Shown piece after piece: positions 28,516-38,010 of a DNA stretch of 64,000 bases. Location of the stretch: the NCBI GenBank assembly GCA_964493475.1, contig CAZBNS010000001.1, forward strand, positions 9,099-73,098. The letters run 5' to 3'. The notes below the pieces were generated by a model. That model did no database searches. It was not told the DNA's origin and saw only the letters and a list, made by a program, of their open reading frames with translations. The stretch's first letter is position 1. Each line of letters starts with the position of its first letter. A program made the position numbers and the translations under genes. This DNA is from an uncultured Rhizobiaceae bacterium. GTDB lineage: Bacteria; Pseudomonadota; Alphaproteobacteria; Rickettsiales; UBA1997.

Positions 28516-29323
28516 AATTATGGAACACTTAATAAATAAAATTCATTTAGGCGACTGTTTGGAGTTTATGAGACAGATTCCAGACAGATCAATTGATTTA
28601 ATTCTTACATCCCCACCTTATGACAATTTAAGGAATTACAAAGGATATACATTTGACTTTGAAAACACTGCAAAAGAGCTATACAGAATCTTAAAAGATG
28701 GCGGTGTTATGGTTTGGGTTGTTGGCGATGCGGTTATAGATAAAAGCGAGACAGGAACATCATTTAAACAGGCATTATATTTTAAGGACCTTGGCCTAAG
28801 ATTACACGACACCATGATATACAAAAAGAATGGATCGCCATTTCCAGAAAAAACAAGATATTCCCAAGTGTTTGAATATATGTTTGTGTTTTGCAAAGGA
28901 AATTTAAAAACATTTAATCCATTAAGAGATAGAAAAAATAGATGGACCGGAACATGGGGAGTAAAACATTATAGGAACAAAGAAGGCAATCTTATAAAGG
29001 GAGAGAAATATGAATGTGCGGAATATAGTTGCAGATTTAATGTTTGGAAATATAATACCGGTGCTGGATTTAGCACAAAGGATGATATAGCTTACAAACA
29101 TCCCGCAATATTTCCAGAGGCACTAGCAGAAGACCATATATTAAGTTGGAGTAATGAAAATGATATAGTTCTGGATCCGTTTATGGGAAGCGGAACAACT
29201 GCAAAAATGGCAGTGAAGCACTATAGAAAATTTATAGGTTGCGATATATCAGCTGAATATGTGGACATAGCAAATAAGAGACTTGATATCTTTACAAGAC
29301 AGATGTGTTTTAAGTTTAACTAA
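28496..29323 (+). CDS. DNA methyltransferase (N6-adenine/N4-cytosine, beta class)
   Basis: Motif IV TSPPY precedes motif I DPFMGSGTT, so this is an orphan phage MTase. The alternative start ATG 28520 would remove the overlap with the previous gene. Confidence 0.85.
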   Translation: MKIKKDKIMEHLINKIHLGDCLEFMRQIPDRSIDLILTSPPYDNLRNYKGYTFDFENTAKELYRILKDGGVMVWVVGDAVIDKSETGTSFKQALYFKDLGLRLHDTMIYKKNGSPFPEKTRYSQVFEYMFVFCKGNLKTFNPLRDRKNRWTGTWGVKHYRNKEGNLIKGEKYECAEYSCRFNVWKYNTGAGFSTKDDIAYKHPAIFPEALAEDHILSWSNENDIVLDPFMGSGTTAKMAVKHYRKFIGCDISAEYVDIANKRLDIFTRQMCFKFN

Positions 29324-29334
29324 AATAAAGCGAT

Positions 29335-29793
29335 ATGAAAACAAAAAGATTTAAACTTGATAAAAATCAATCTAAAGACCTTGAAAAGATATTTTTACAG
29401 GTGGATGAAAAATGCAGATTGTCATATGTTTATGCTTCCTGTATAATTCAAACAATAGGCTACAACTTCTACAATAAAAAGATAATCCCTATTGAGAAAA
29501 TACATAAATGGTTCTTAACTGATTATTTTATCAATCAATATATCAACAATAATCAAGTTGACTTCTTTTATCTCTCTATTGCGAGTGAATTTTTAAAACA
29601 GAAACTCAACTTTGATTTACTAGAAAGGCAAGATGAAGTATTGAGTAAAATAAACCTAAGAGAGATAAGAGTAGACAATAAAGAAGCGCCATTTACTGAT
29701 TTAGAAAAATATTGTGAATATGTTGCTAATAGAGGCATGAAACACGAAAGCGAACAGAATCAGATTTATAATTTTGTAGTTAAAAAGGAGTAA
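29335..29793 (+). CDS. Hypothetical phage protein
   Basis: 152-aa ORF with no motif. Confidence 0.3.
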   Translation: MKTKRFKLDKNQSKDLEKIFLQVDEKCRLSYVYASCIIQTIGYNFYNKKIIPIEKIHKWFLTDYFINQYINNNQVDFFYLSIASEFLKQKLNFDLLERQDEVLSKINLREIRVDNKEAPFTDLEKYCEYVANRGMKHESEQNQIYNFVVKKE

Positions 29794-29796
29794 AAT

Positions 29797-29976
29797 ATGG
29801 AATATAAAATAATAGAATTAATAATAGAAATTACAATCGCAATAATAGTTATGTTATTATTATTCAATTCAAAAAATAATTTATTATATGTTATAATAAT
29901 TCAATTATTTGCATTATTGATAGGTTTTAAGTATTACAAAGTTCATAAATATAAAGAATTTGATAGAATAATATAA
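29797..29976 (+). CDS. Small two-helix membrane protein (59 aa)
   Basis: ATG at 29797 with GGAG 6 nt upstream. The product has two hydrophobic helices. It is below the ORF-track cut-off. Confidence 0.35.
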   Translation: MEYKIIELIIEITIAIIVMLLLFNSKNNLLYVIIIQLFALLIGFKYYKVHKYKEFDRII

Positions 29977-30005
29977 TTTTATTAATAATAAAAAGGTAAA
30001 AGAAA

Positions 30006-30452
30006 ATGATAAATAATGATAGATTTAAGTTTAGATTTTGGGATATAGAAAACAAAAAGTTTTACACACCAAAATCACAAGATGAGTGGATAGGTGTTGA
30101 TGATACCGGGATATATTTATATGAACGAGATTATTCAAATATTAAGGAACAGGTTGAAGTTACCGATGTAACGAAATATTACGAAATTAACCAATCCACT
30201 GGCTTAAAAGACAAAAATGGAAATCTGATTTATGAGGGAGATATAATTAAGATTGATGGATTTAATATTGGCGCGGTTGTCTTTTGGAGGAATCAATTTT
30301 GCTTTGAGAGCGTTAATCCAAATATTACACAAAATGAAAGGGGACACTTCAATTGGGAAGCATTTTGTAAAACAGATCATTCAAATTATATACCTGAAAT
30401 AATAGGCAACATTTACGGAAGCCCTGAATTGCTGGAGGTGGAAAATGACTAA
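30006..30452 (+). CDS. YopX-family phage protein
   Basis: FKFRFWD...QSTGLKDKNGNLIYEGDII...IIGNIYGSPELL is the typical YopX pattern. Confidence 0.7.
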   Translation: MINNDRFKFRFWDIENKKFYTPKSQDEWIGVDDTGIYLYERDYSNIKEQVEVTDVTKYYEINQSTGLKDKNGNLIYEGDIIKIDGFNIGAVVFWRNQFCFESVNPNITQNERGHFNWEAFCKTDHSNYIPEIIGNIYGSPELLEVEND

Positions 30453-30587
30453 TATTATTGATCTAAGAGGTCTTTTTATTAAGCCTATTGAGGATTGTTC
30501 TTGTTCCTTAAGGAAATATGTAAAAACCATGATGAATTTTGTCAAATGGCTTGTTATGGCTATTTTTTTGAATTAAAGGAGTAAATC

Positions 30588-30956
30588 ATGGAACAACTAG
30601 AAAAAGAAATCATAAACTGGCACAAAGCCACTTTTTTAAATGCTACTCTTGAAACTCAAATAATGAAATTCAAAGAGGAATACGAGGAAATGGAACAAGC
30701 TGACAACTATAGAAACTATGTAAATGAGTTATGTGATTGCATCATAGTTGCAACAGCTTTTAAACGATTTGGTGAAGCTGGAAATGTGCTTTATAATATC
30801 TTTAATCAATTTATCAAAATAACATTAGATAATAAAAAAGAAAACTGGGACTTTGATAGTGAGATTATAGAAAGGTTTGTTGAGGCTAAATTGAAGATTA
30901 ATAAACAAAGAAAATGGGAATTTATTAATGGGACTTATAAACATAAAGAGGAGTAG
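30588..30956 (+). CDS. MazG-like nucleotide pyrophosphohydrolase candidate
   Basis: The W..ATF....Q..KF.EEYEE...ELCDCIIV pattern resembles the helical EEXXE/D motifs of small phage MazG-like proteins. Confidence 0.4.
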   Translation: MEQLEKEIINWHKATFLNATLETQIMKFKEEYEEMEQADNYRNYVNELCDCIIVATAFKRFGEAGNVLYNIFNQFIKITLDNKKENWDFDSEIIERFVEAKLKINKQRKWEFINGTYKHKEE

Positions 30957-30959
30957 ATT

Positions 30960-31310
30960 ATGCAAATAGAAAAACCAATACGAATGAAAGAAATGTATGT
31001 GATGCTAAATATTAGTGAAAATACATTCAAGTATACAATGCTAAATCCGTTATTAAAACTACAACAAATAACCGATATAGATATTGGAGTAATTCCAAGA
31101 AAAACGAAAACAAGAATTCAATATATGTTTCAATATCAAAAGTTCGTTGAAGCGTTAAAATTGTTAAACAAACAAGATATAGGAGGTAATAAACAATGTC
31201 AGCCAAGAAAGAATATCCTAGACTTAAAGAAAGAAAAGGCATCTTTTACATCTACGACTATATTGAAGGGGAATTGCGCCGTCAGTCAACTGGAGCAAAT
31301 TCTGAGTTAG
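30960..31310 (+). CDS. Excisionase/HTH-like protein candidate
   Basis: Small ORF immediately upstream of, and overlapping, the integrase gene (IRMKEMYVMLNISENTF resembles an MerR/Xis-type HTH). Call is by position. Confidence 0.3.
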   Translation: MQIEKPIRMKEMYVMLNISENTFKYTMLNPLLKLQQITDIDIGVIPRKTKTRIQYMFQYQKFVEALKLLNKQDIGGNKQCQPRKNILDLKKEKASFTSTTILKGNCAVSQLEQILS

Positions 31311-32293
31311 AAGCCATCAAGCTATTAAATCAATATATAGAAAATAAAGAAAGTAAAACCATCTCAAATCAAAATGAGGTGGTTTTATTTGATGAAGTGG
31401 CTTTGATGTTTATTCAAGATAAAGAAAGACAATGTAAACCAAAGACGCTAAAACAATATAAATTTCTCTTAAAATCATTATTATATTTTTTTAGTTCAAA
31501 AGATATTAATAGCCTAAAGAGAATAGATATAAAGCAATTTGAGGATTTAGAAAGATTGAATAATGTTAGCGACGGACTGTTAAGAAAAAAACTTGTTTTG
31601 CTACAATCTATTTTTAAATATGCTATTGAGCTTGAATTGGCAAATAATAATCCACTTGCAAATTATTCTTTTAGAAAGCAAATAAAAGACTATGAAATCA
31701 GAGAAAGATTTTTTACATCAAATGAATGTCAATTATTACTAAATGCAATCAGGTTGTTAAAAAATGATAATCTTGAAAGAATTGTTATTTTTACTCTTGA
31801 AACTGGATTGAGAGTTGGCGAACTCACAAATATTCTTTTTACTGATGTGGCATTTCAAGATAATATTCCAATGCTACGGATCAGAAAAGATATAGCTAAA
31901 TCAAAACGAGACAGATTCATACCTTTATCCAAACTAGCACAGGAGCAGATATTAAAACAAAAGCAAGATTTTTCAAATTCCGCTTTCATATTTACAACAA
32001 ACAAAGGCGAACCATACAAAACAGCTCCAAAAACCGCACTAAATACAGCATTAAAGAAAGCTGGATTAAAAGAATTATACGTGTCATTTCACACATTGAG
32101 ACATACCGCAGGCTCTTTATGGCTTCAAGGAATTAACATTGATGGAACACAAAGACCACCAGTAAGAATTGAAATAGTTAGTGAGGTATTGGGACATAGA
32201 GATATATCTTTTACAAAAAATGTGTATGCTAAGTTTGATAACAATTCAATAGCAGTAGGATTTGCTCCTAATGAGTTTTTAAAAATTCAATAA
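31196..32293 (+). CDS. int: Tyrosine integrase
   Basis: AGGAGG lies 8 nt upstream. Catalytic-region motifs are GLRVGEL, HTLRHTAGS and LGHRDISFTKNVYA (R...HxxR...Y). Confidence 0.9.
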   Translation: MSAKKEYPRLKERKGIFYIYDYIEGELRRQSTGANSELEAIKLLNQYIENKESKTISNQNEVVLFDEVALMFIQDKERQCKPKTLKQYKFLLKSLLYFFSSKDINSLKRIDIKQFEDLERLNNVSDGLLRKKLVLLQSIFKYAIELELANNNPLANYSFRKQIKDYEIRERFFTSNECQLLLNAIRLLKNDNLERIVIFTLETGLRVGELTNILFTDVAFQDNIPMLRIRKDIAKSKRDRFIPLSKLAQEQILKQKQDFSNSAFIFTTNKGEPYKTAPKTALNTALKKAGLKELYVSFHTLRHTAGSLWLQGINIDGTQRPPVRIEIVSEVLGHRDISFTKNVYAKFDNNSIAVGFAPNEFLKIQ

Positions 32294-32361
32294 AAAGCAT
32301 ATAACTTCTTATACTAAAAAAACTAAAAAATATTTTTGATGTAATTATAGTAATCTGAACG

Positions 32362-32406
32362 CACTCGCACAAACACTCGCACAGTGCGATTGATTTTACT
32401 CGCACA
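32362..32406 (+). promoter_or_regulatory. Three direct repeats (C/T)ACTCGCACA, candidate integrase arm-type sites
   Basis: Copies at 32362-71, 32374-83 and 32397-406 sit between int and the tRNA. They are locally GC-rich in an AT-rich spacer. Confidence 0.35.
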
Positions 32407-32452
32407 CTTGATTTTTAAAATTTTTGATAGCTTGATTTTATTGATTTGATAG

Positions 32453-32528
<76 letters not shown>

Positions 32529-32655
32529 AACAATTAGGTTATAGCTCTTATTTTATTTATTGTCAATGGAGTTAGCAATATTTATATATTATTTAATCGT
32601 TGGAAGAGATTTTATTTTTTTAAAATAAAAAATTTAATTTTAATATAAAGTTGGA

Positions 32656-33141
32656 TTATTCATTGCCCTCTAGAATTACCGTTACTTTCTCATTTTGTTC
32701 TTTGTTTCCGGTGATTTTTGTTTCTCCAGTTGAAACATAATATTCAAATTTTTCGGCTGTCAATGTTAAATTATTTTCGGTAATAATAACGTTGCGCTGT
32801 AGTGTTATTATATTTTGCGCTAAATCATAAAAGCCAATATCTCCTTTTGCTGCTATTTTGTCTGTGATAAATTTAACGTTGTTTTCGGTTTTTATGCTCT
32901 CTATGTTTAATTTTTTGTCTTTATTCTCGTTGTATTTTGCGATCATTTTGTCGGAGTAAAGAGTAAACTTTGTATGTTTGGCTTTTACTTCTTTTAGAAA
33001 ATGAATTTCTTGTTTGTCTCTGTAGATTGTCATGGTTTCTGATGTGATAGATAGTGGTTGCTGCTTATCTAATTCTACTTTTGCATTAAGTAGATTGGGA
33101 ATAAAGCATAAAAAAAGTAATAAAAATATTTTTTTTATCAT
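32656..33141 (-). CDS. lptA: LptA/OstA-like periplasmic LPS transport protein
   Basis: Signal peptide plus a repetitive beta-jellyroll-type pattern (ITSETMTIY...FLKEVKA...LYSDKM...ITLQRNVIITENNLTLTAEKFEY). Confidence 0.55.
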   Translation of the reverse strand: MIKKIFLLLFLCFIPNLLNAKVELDKQQPLSITSETMTIYRDKQEIHFLKEVKAKHTKFTLYSDKMIAKYNENKDKKLNIESIKTENNVKFITDKIAAKGDIGFYDLAQNIITLQRNVIITENNLTLTAEKFEYYVSTGETKITGNKEQNEKVTVILEGNE

Positions 33142-34334
33142 GTGATTAATTCCAATATTTTTTTTGCGCCGTTTGTTGAGGCTTTTTCATTGCCGTTGTA
33201 TCCAAGTTTTTTGATGACCTCTATTGTATCTTGGATTTGTTGTCTGGATATTTGCTTATTGTTTAATATTTTGTTTATTTCGTTGGCAATTAATGATGGT
33301 TCTGCGTTGTCAAGGACAAATTCTGGAATAATCTCTTTGTTGGCTATTATATTTACGATATTTGCGTATTTAACTTTTAATATTCTTTTAACTATTTTGT
33401 TTGTAAGCCAATTGAATGTGTATGTTATAACTAATGGAATATTGAATATGTTAAATTCGAATGTATTGGTTCCGGATTTTGCTAAAGCTATATTGGCTGA
33501 AGATGATATTTTTTGTTTTTCAATTTCGTCAATTATGATTTTGTTTTTAAACTCGTGCTCATGGCTGATGAATTCAACTAGGTCTTTTGTGTTGTTGTTT
33601 GCGAATGTGAAAATCTGGGAGTCTTTATATTTATAATCATAATCTTCTTTAAGGATTTCTATGGATTTTATCATTATTGGAAAAATTCTTTCAACTTCGC
33701 CTTCTCTGCTACCGGGCGTTAATACTATTATTATATCTTCAGGGGAAATATTGTAGTTTTTTATTAAATCGTTTTTATTATATTTGAATTTATATTTTTC
33801 GGTATTATCAAAAATTGGATGTCCGATAAATTCCGTTCTTAAACCATACTTTTCAAAATATGGCGGCTCAAATGGCAAGATACACAGTAATAAATTATAA
33901 AGTTTAGCCATTTTTTTGGCTCTTTTTTCTTTGTAAGCCCAAATACTTGGAGCTATTAAATGAACTTTTTTTACGCTCTCAAAGAATTTTTTGTTTTTTG
34001 ATTTTAATTTTTCCATAATTCTAAATGAAAAGCCTGGAGAGTCAATTGTTAAAATAAGGTCTGGTTTTTGTGTTAGTATTTCGTTGACTGTTTGATTTAT
34101 TCTTTTTGAAAGTTTAAAAATTTTTGGTAAGATTTCAAAGAATCCCATAACTGATAATTCTTTCATTGGGAAAATGGATTGTAGGCCTTCATTTTTCATT
34201 TTTTCGCCGCCAACTCCAATGAATTTAATATTTATATTCTCTGCATTGTTTTTTATGGCATTCATTATTTTTTCTCCTAACAAATCGCCTGAGGCTTCGC
34301 CAGCTGTTATAAATATTTTTTTTGTGTTTTCCAT
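33138..34334 (-). CDS. lpxB: Lipid-A-disaccharide synthase
   Basis: Has the N-terminal KIFITAGEASGDLLG motif and the family length (398 aa). Confidence 0.85.
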   Translation of the reverse strand: MENTKKIFITAGEASGDLLGEKIMNAIKNNAENINIKFIGVGGEKMKNEGLQSIFPMKELSVMGFFEILPKIFKLSKRINQTVNEILTQKPDLILTIDSPGFSFRIMEKLKSKNKKFFESVKKVHLIAPSIWAYKEKRAKKMAKLYNLLLCILPFEPPYFEKYGLRTEFIGHPIFDNTEKYKFKYNKNDLIKNYNISPEDIIIVLTPGSREGEVERIFPIMIKSIEILKEDYDYKYKDSQIFTFANNNTKDLVEFISHEHEFKNKIIIDEIEKQKISSSANIALAKSGTNTFEFNIFNIPLVITYTFNWLTNKIVKRILKVKYANIVNIIANKEIIPEFVLDNAEPSLIANEINKILNNKQISRQQIQDTIEVIKKLGYNGNEKASTNGAKKILELIT

Positions 34335-34495
34335 TAATAACTCCCAACTGCTAATAATAATAGACTGTATAATATAATATTATAAGGCTTTTTTAAATAA
34401 ACAATTATTTTTAATAAAATATATTGACAAAATAAAAGTTGATTTTAAAGTAAAATTACTACTTATAGTAGTTATTATTAATAATTATTTTTCGT

Positions 34496-34702
34496 ATGAG
34501 TACTTCAAAAGCATTTATTTCCTCTTTGATTTTGCTAATTATTGGCGGTCTTAATTGGGGGTTGATTGGGTTTTTTAATTTTGATTTAGTTGCTTCATTG
34601 TTTGGAACAATGACGATTCTATCAAGAATGGTGTATGCTATAGTTGGAATTGCTGCTGTTATTGCTGCTATTACAATACCTATTAAAAAAAGTAATCAAT
34701 AG
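34496..34702 (+). CDS. DUF378-family small membrane protein
   Basis: Contains the GGLNWGLIGFFNFDLV motif and is 68 aa. Confidence 0.75.
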   Translation: MSTSKAFISSLILLIIGGLNWGLIGFFNFDLVASLFGTMTILSRMVYAIVGIAAVIAAITIPIKKSNQ

Positions 34703-34891
34703 TTTTTAATAGACTTTTGCAAATAAGGTTAATTGATTTTGTTTGTGAAATTTATTATTTTTCTTATTTAATTTGATACTCATTTAGCTGTTAGTTGAAT
34801 GAGTATAAATTATGTGATAGGTCTAATATTTAAGATTGCTAAATACAAAATATTTTTTAGATTATAATTAATAGCATTGGATTTATTTATT

Positions 34892-35950
34892 ATGAAAAGC
34901 TTAATTGGACTTACAAAAGAAGAAATTATTATTGAATTAAAAAAGTTTGGCGTAGAGGGATATAGAGCTAAGCAAATATGGACTTGGATTTATGTGCATG
35001 GAAAAAGGGATTTCAACGAAATGAATAATATTTCAAAGGAATTAAGACAAAAATTGGCCGAAAATTATACTATCGCAAGGCCTAAAATCAATACTCTTTT
35101 AATTTCTAAGGACGGAACAAAAAAATGGTTGGTTGAGTTTACTGATGGTGAAAAAGTTGAAATGGTTTACATACCAGAAGAAGACAGAGGAACATTATGC
35201 ATTTCATCTCAAGTTGGCTGCGCAATGAATTGTAAGTTTTGCAATACTGGATTTTATGGATTAAAAAGAAATATGACTGCCGAGGAAATTGTAGGCGAAG
35301 TCCTAATCGCAAGAGATGAATTAAATGAGTGGGAAAATTTAGACAAGGGAATTGGCGAAGGCAGAACCATATCAAATATTGTTGTTATGGGAATGGGAGA
35401 GCCACTGGCAAATTACGATAATGCAGTTAAAGCATTAAAAATTATTAACGATCCAGATGGCATAGCTTTTTCAAACAGGCGAATTACATTATCAACTTGC
35501 GGGCTTGTTCCACAAATAAAAAAACTTGGTGATAACTTAAAAGTAAATTTAGCAATTTCATTGCATGCTTCTACAGACGATATTAGAAAAAAAATAATGC
35601 CGATTGCTGAAAAGTATACTATAAAAGAAATATTTGACGCTTGTTGCGAATACGCAAAAAAGACAAATGGAAGACGAATCACTTTTGAATATATAATGAT
35701 AAAAGATTTAAACGACAGCGACGCAGACGCTTTAAGATTAGTCTCATTAGTTAAAAAACACCATGTTCCAGCGAAATTTAATTTAATTCCATTTAATCCA
35801 TGGAAAGACTGCAATTTTGAACCAAGCTTAATGAATAGAATAAATAAGTTTGCTGAAATTATAACAAATGCCAAACTGCCCTGCCCTATAAGAAAAGCCA
35901 GGGGACAAGATATTATGGCTGCATGTGGACAGTTGAAAAACGAAGAGTAA
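34892..35950 (+). CDS. rlmN: 23S rRNA/tRNA m2A methyltransferase RlmN (radical SAM)
   Basis: Contains YRAKQIW, CISSQVGCAMNCKFCNTG (CxxxCxxC) and GMGEPL. The start was moved to ATG 34892. Confidence 0.9.
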   Translation: MKSLIGLTKEEIIIELKKFGVEGYRAKQIWTWIYVHGKRDFNEMNNISKELRQKLAENYTIARPKINTLLISKDGTKKWLVEFTDGEKVEMVYIPEEDRGTLCISSQVGCAMNCKFCNTGFYGLKRNMTAEEIVGEVLIARDELNEWENLDKGIGEGRTISNIVVMGMGEPLANYDNAVKALKIINDPDGIAFSNRRITLSTCGLVPQIKKLGDNLKVNLAISLHASTDDIRKKIMPIAEKYTIKEIFDACCEYAKKTNGRRITFEYIMIKDLNDSDADALRLVSLVKKHHVPAKFNLIPFNPWKDCNFEPSLMNRINKFAEIITNAKLPCPIRKARGQDIMAACGQLKNEE

Positions 35951-36023
35951 TAAACATTAATAAATTTTTAGATAGTTAAAAATATAGAATGTGTTTTTAA
36001 AAGTTCGTCTTCGTCAGTTGTTC

Positions 36024-36240
36024 TGTAGCTCCCCTTTGTCGCATTGCGACATTTCCCCTCAAGGAGGGGAAAGATTGTCCTTGCTTGTTAAACTATTTTT
36101 TCTTCACCACTATTCATAATCTTTCCCATCCTTGAGGGCGAAGTGCGAAGCCGAGCCAATGACTGCTTGCAGGCAATCGGCAGCCTGTCGTTCGGGAAGC
36201 TCTGATGAAGTCAAATGTCCGAAGGACAAAGGGGAGCTGC
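36024..36240. repeat. Nested palindromic repeat element, long form (copy 1)
   Basis: Termini are TGTAGCTCCCCTTTGTC...GACAAAGGGGAGCTGC. The inner palindrome is ATTTCCCCTCAAGGAGGGGAAAGATT / AATCTTTCCCATCCTTGAGGG. It also carries an extra GC-rich insert of ~75 bp. Confidence 0.75.
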
Positions 36241-36324
36241 TTTATAATAAATATTATTTTCTCAATGATTTGACAAATGTCTTAAAAGCTAATATAATAT
36301 ACTTCATATAAAGAATATAAAGAT

Positions 36325-36996
36325 ATGAATTTTCTATTTGACTTTGATTCTACGTTAGTGAAATGCGAATCCTTAAATGATATTTTAAATTTAGCACTTG
36401 GAGATAATTCTGAGAAAATTGCAGAAGTTGACAGAATAACAAAAATGGCAATGAATGGTCTGATAACACCACAAAATTCAATAATACAAAGGTTAAGACT
36501 AGCCACGATAAACAAAGAATTAGTGAATAAAATAACTCTTAAAACAAAAAGTGAAATAACGGAAGGAATGGTGAAATTAATTGCGGAGTTAAAAAAACAA
36601 AAAGATGCAAATATTTTTGTAATAAGCGGTGGATTTAAAGAAATAATAGTCCCAACGGCTAAAATTCTTGGAATAGACGAGAAAAATGTGTTTGCTAATG
36701 AGTTTGTTTATAATGAAAATGGAGTTGTTGAGTATGTAAAACAAAATATTCTCATGGAAGAGCAAGGAAAAGTTAAATTAATAAATAAACTAAAAGAAGA
36801 TGGAGTTCTGGTCGGCAAAAATATAATGATTGGAGATGGTTTTACGGATTTGGAAACGTTTTTATATAACGCTGTTGACAATTACATATGTTTTTGCGGA
36901 GTTATTGCTAGAGAAAATGTTAAAAAGAAATCACTGCATATTGCGACAGATACTAAAGAATTATTAAATCTTTTACAAACTAATACATTTAGATAA
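36325..36996 (+). CDS. HAD-superfamily phosphatase (phosphoserine phosphatase-like)
   Basis: Contains DFDSTL (motif I), ISGGF and GDGFTD motifs. Confidence 0.6.
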   Translation: MNFLFDFDSTLVKCESLNDILNLALGDNSEKIAEVDRITKMAMNGLITPQNSIIQRLRLATINKELVNKITLKTKSEITEGMVKLIAELKKQKDANIFVISGGFKEIIVPTAKILGIDEKNVFANEFVYNENGVVEYVKQNILMEEQGKVKLINKLKEDGVLVGKNIMIGDGFTDLETFLYNAVDNYICFCGVIARENVKKKSLHIATDTKELLNLLQTNTFR

Positions 36997-37034
36997 TTCT
37001 AAGCATAATATAAGATTGAACCAAAAAATAGAAA

Positions 37035-37062
37035 AACCCTATATTTTATATAGGGTTGTTTT
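37035..37062. terminator. Bidirectional terminator between convergent genes
   Basis: AACCCTATA-TTTTA-TATAGGGTT is flanked by an A-run upstream and a T-run downstream. Confidence 0.55.
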
Positions 37063-37066
37063 AATT

Positions 37067-37669
37067 CTATAAATCAGCTGCATGCTTTGATAAATATTCC
37101 GAAATTCCCTCTACTGTAGGTTTTATTCCTTCCTCGCCTTTTTTCCAGTTTGCTGGACAAACTTCACCATACTCCTGAGTAAATAATAATGCATCAACCA
37201 TTCTTATGATTTCGTCTATATTTCTACCAAGTGGTAAATCATTAACTACTTGGTGAACAACTTTTCCAGTTTGATCCATCAAAAACGTAGCCCTGTATGC
37301 TAATTTGGCGTCAGAAAGAACATCGTATTGTTTTGCAATTTCTCCATTAGTATCCGCAACCATAGGAAATCTAATACTTCCAATGCCGCCTCTATCAACT
37401 GGAGTGCCTTTCCAAGCATAGTGAACAAACTGGCTATCTATGGAACAGCCAACTAAAGCAACTTTTTTACTTTCAAAAACTGACATTTTATTATTAAAAG
37501 CTATAATTTCGGAAGGACATACAAAAGAAAAATCTGCAGGCCAAAAGAATAAAATAGCTATTTTTTTATTAATGTAATTTTTAAGGTTGAATTTATCATC
37601 TATTGAATTATCAGGCATTACTGCTGATGATATAAAATCTGGAGCTTGTTTTCCAACTAAAACTGACAT
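37067..37669 (-). CDS. 2-Cys peroxiredoxin (AhpC/Tsa family)
   Basis: Contains FFWPADFSFVCPSEI (peroxidatic Cys) and a C-terminal EVCPANW (resolving Cys). Confidence 0.9.
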   Translation of the reverse strand: MSVLVGKQAPDFISSAVMPDNSIDDKFNLKNYINKKIAILFFWPADFSFVCPSEIIAFNNKMSVFESKKVALVGCSIDSQFVHYAWKGTPVDRGGIGSIRFPMVADTNGEIAKQYDVLSDAKLAYRATFLMDQTGKVVHQVVNDLPLGRNIDEIIRMVDALLFTQEYGEVCPANWKKGEEGIKPTVEGISEYLSKHAADL

Positions 37670-37764
37670 ATTTAATATATTTTATTAACACAATTTTAAG
37701 TGTATTTCTGATAATTAAATAAGCAAGTTTTTATTAAGAAAATTTATGGAGTTGCAAGGATTAA

Positions 37765-37877
37765 GCAGCTTCCCTTTGTCAACTACGTTGACATTTCCCC
37801 TCAAGGATGGGAAAGATTGTCCTTGGTTGCTGCACTAACTATCTTCACTGCTGCTGAAGGAGAAAGAGGAGCTACAG
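37765..37877. repeat. Palindromic repeat element (copy 2, degenerate right arm)
   Basis: GCAGCTTCCCTTTGTCAACTACGTTGACATTTCCCCTCAAGGATGGGAAAGATTGTCCTTGG...GAGGAGCTAC. Confidence 0.65.
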
Positions 37878-38010
37878 AATAGAACAAAAAGTTGCCTACA
37901 ATATGTTAAACATTTCTGCGAATTTGTAAGTGAGTGTAAAAAACAAGTCAAAACTTGAAATCTTAAAATATGTCTCTAAGATAATAAGTGAAATAATTTT
38001 AATGGCTTTA

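Larger units (their letters stand above)
1..32452. mobile_element. Temperate podovirus-like prophage, right-hand ~32 kb (left end outside window), integrated next to the 3' end of tRNA-Thr
   Basis: Uninterrupted block of phage genes: terminase, portal, capsid, endolysin, cI/Cro switch, RecT/exonuclease, methyltransferase. It ends with a tyrosine integrase 160 nt from the 3' end of a tRNA gene. All ORFs look intact. Confidence 0.85.

Noticed and set aside
33142-33636. Antisense ORFs within lpxB, the P-type ATPase (45659-46926), rlmN (35139-35874), ddl (52247-52669), pccB (42820-43338), murF-like (50689-50913) and nagB (53698-53928)
   Set aside because: All lie opposite genes with strong motif support, and none has a recognisable motif or RBS.
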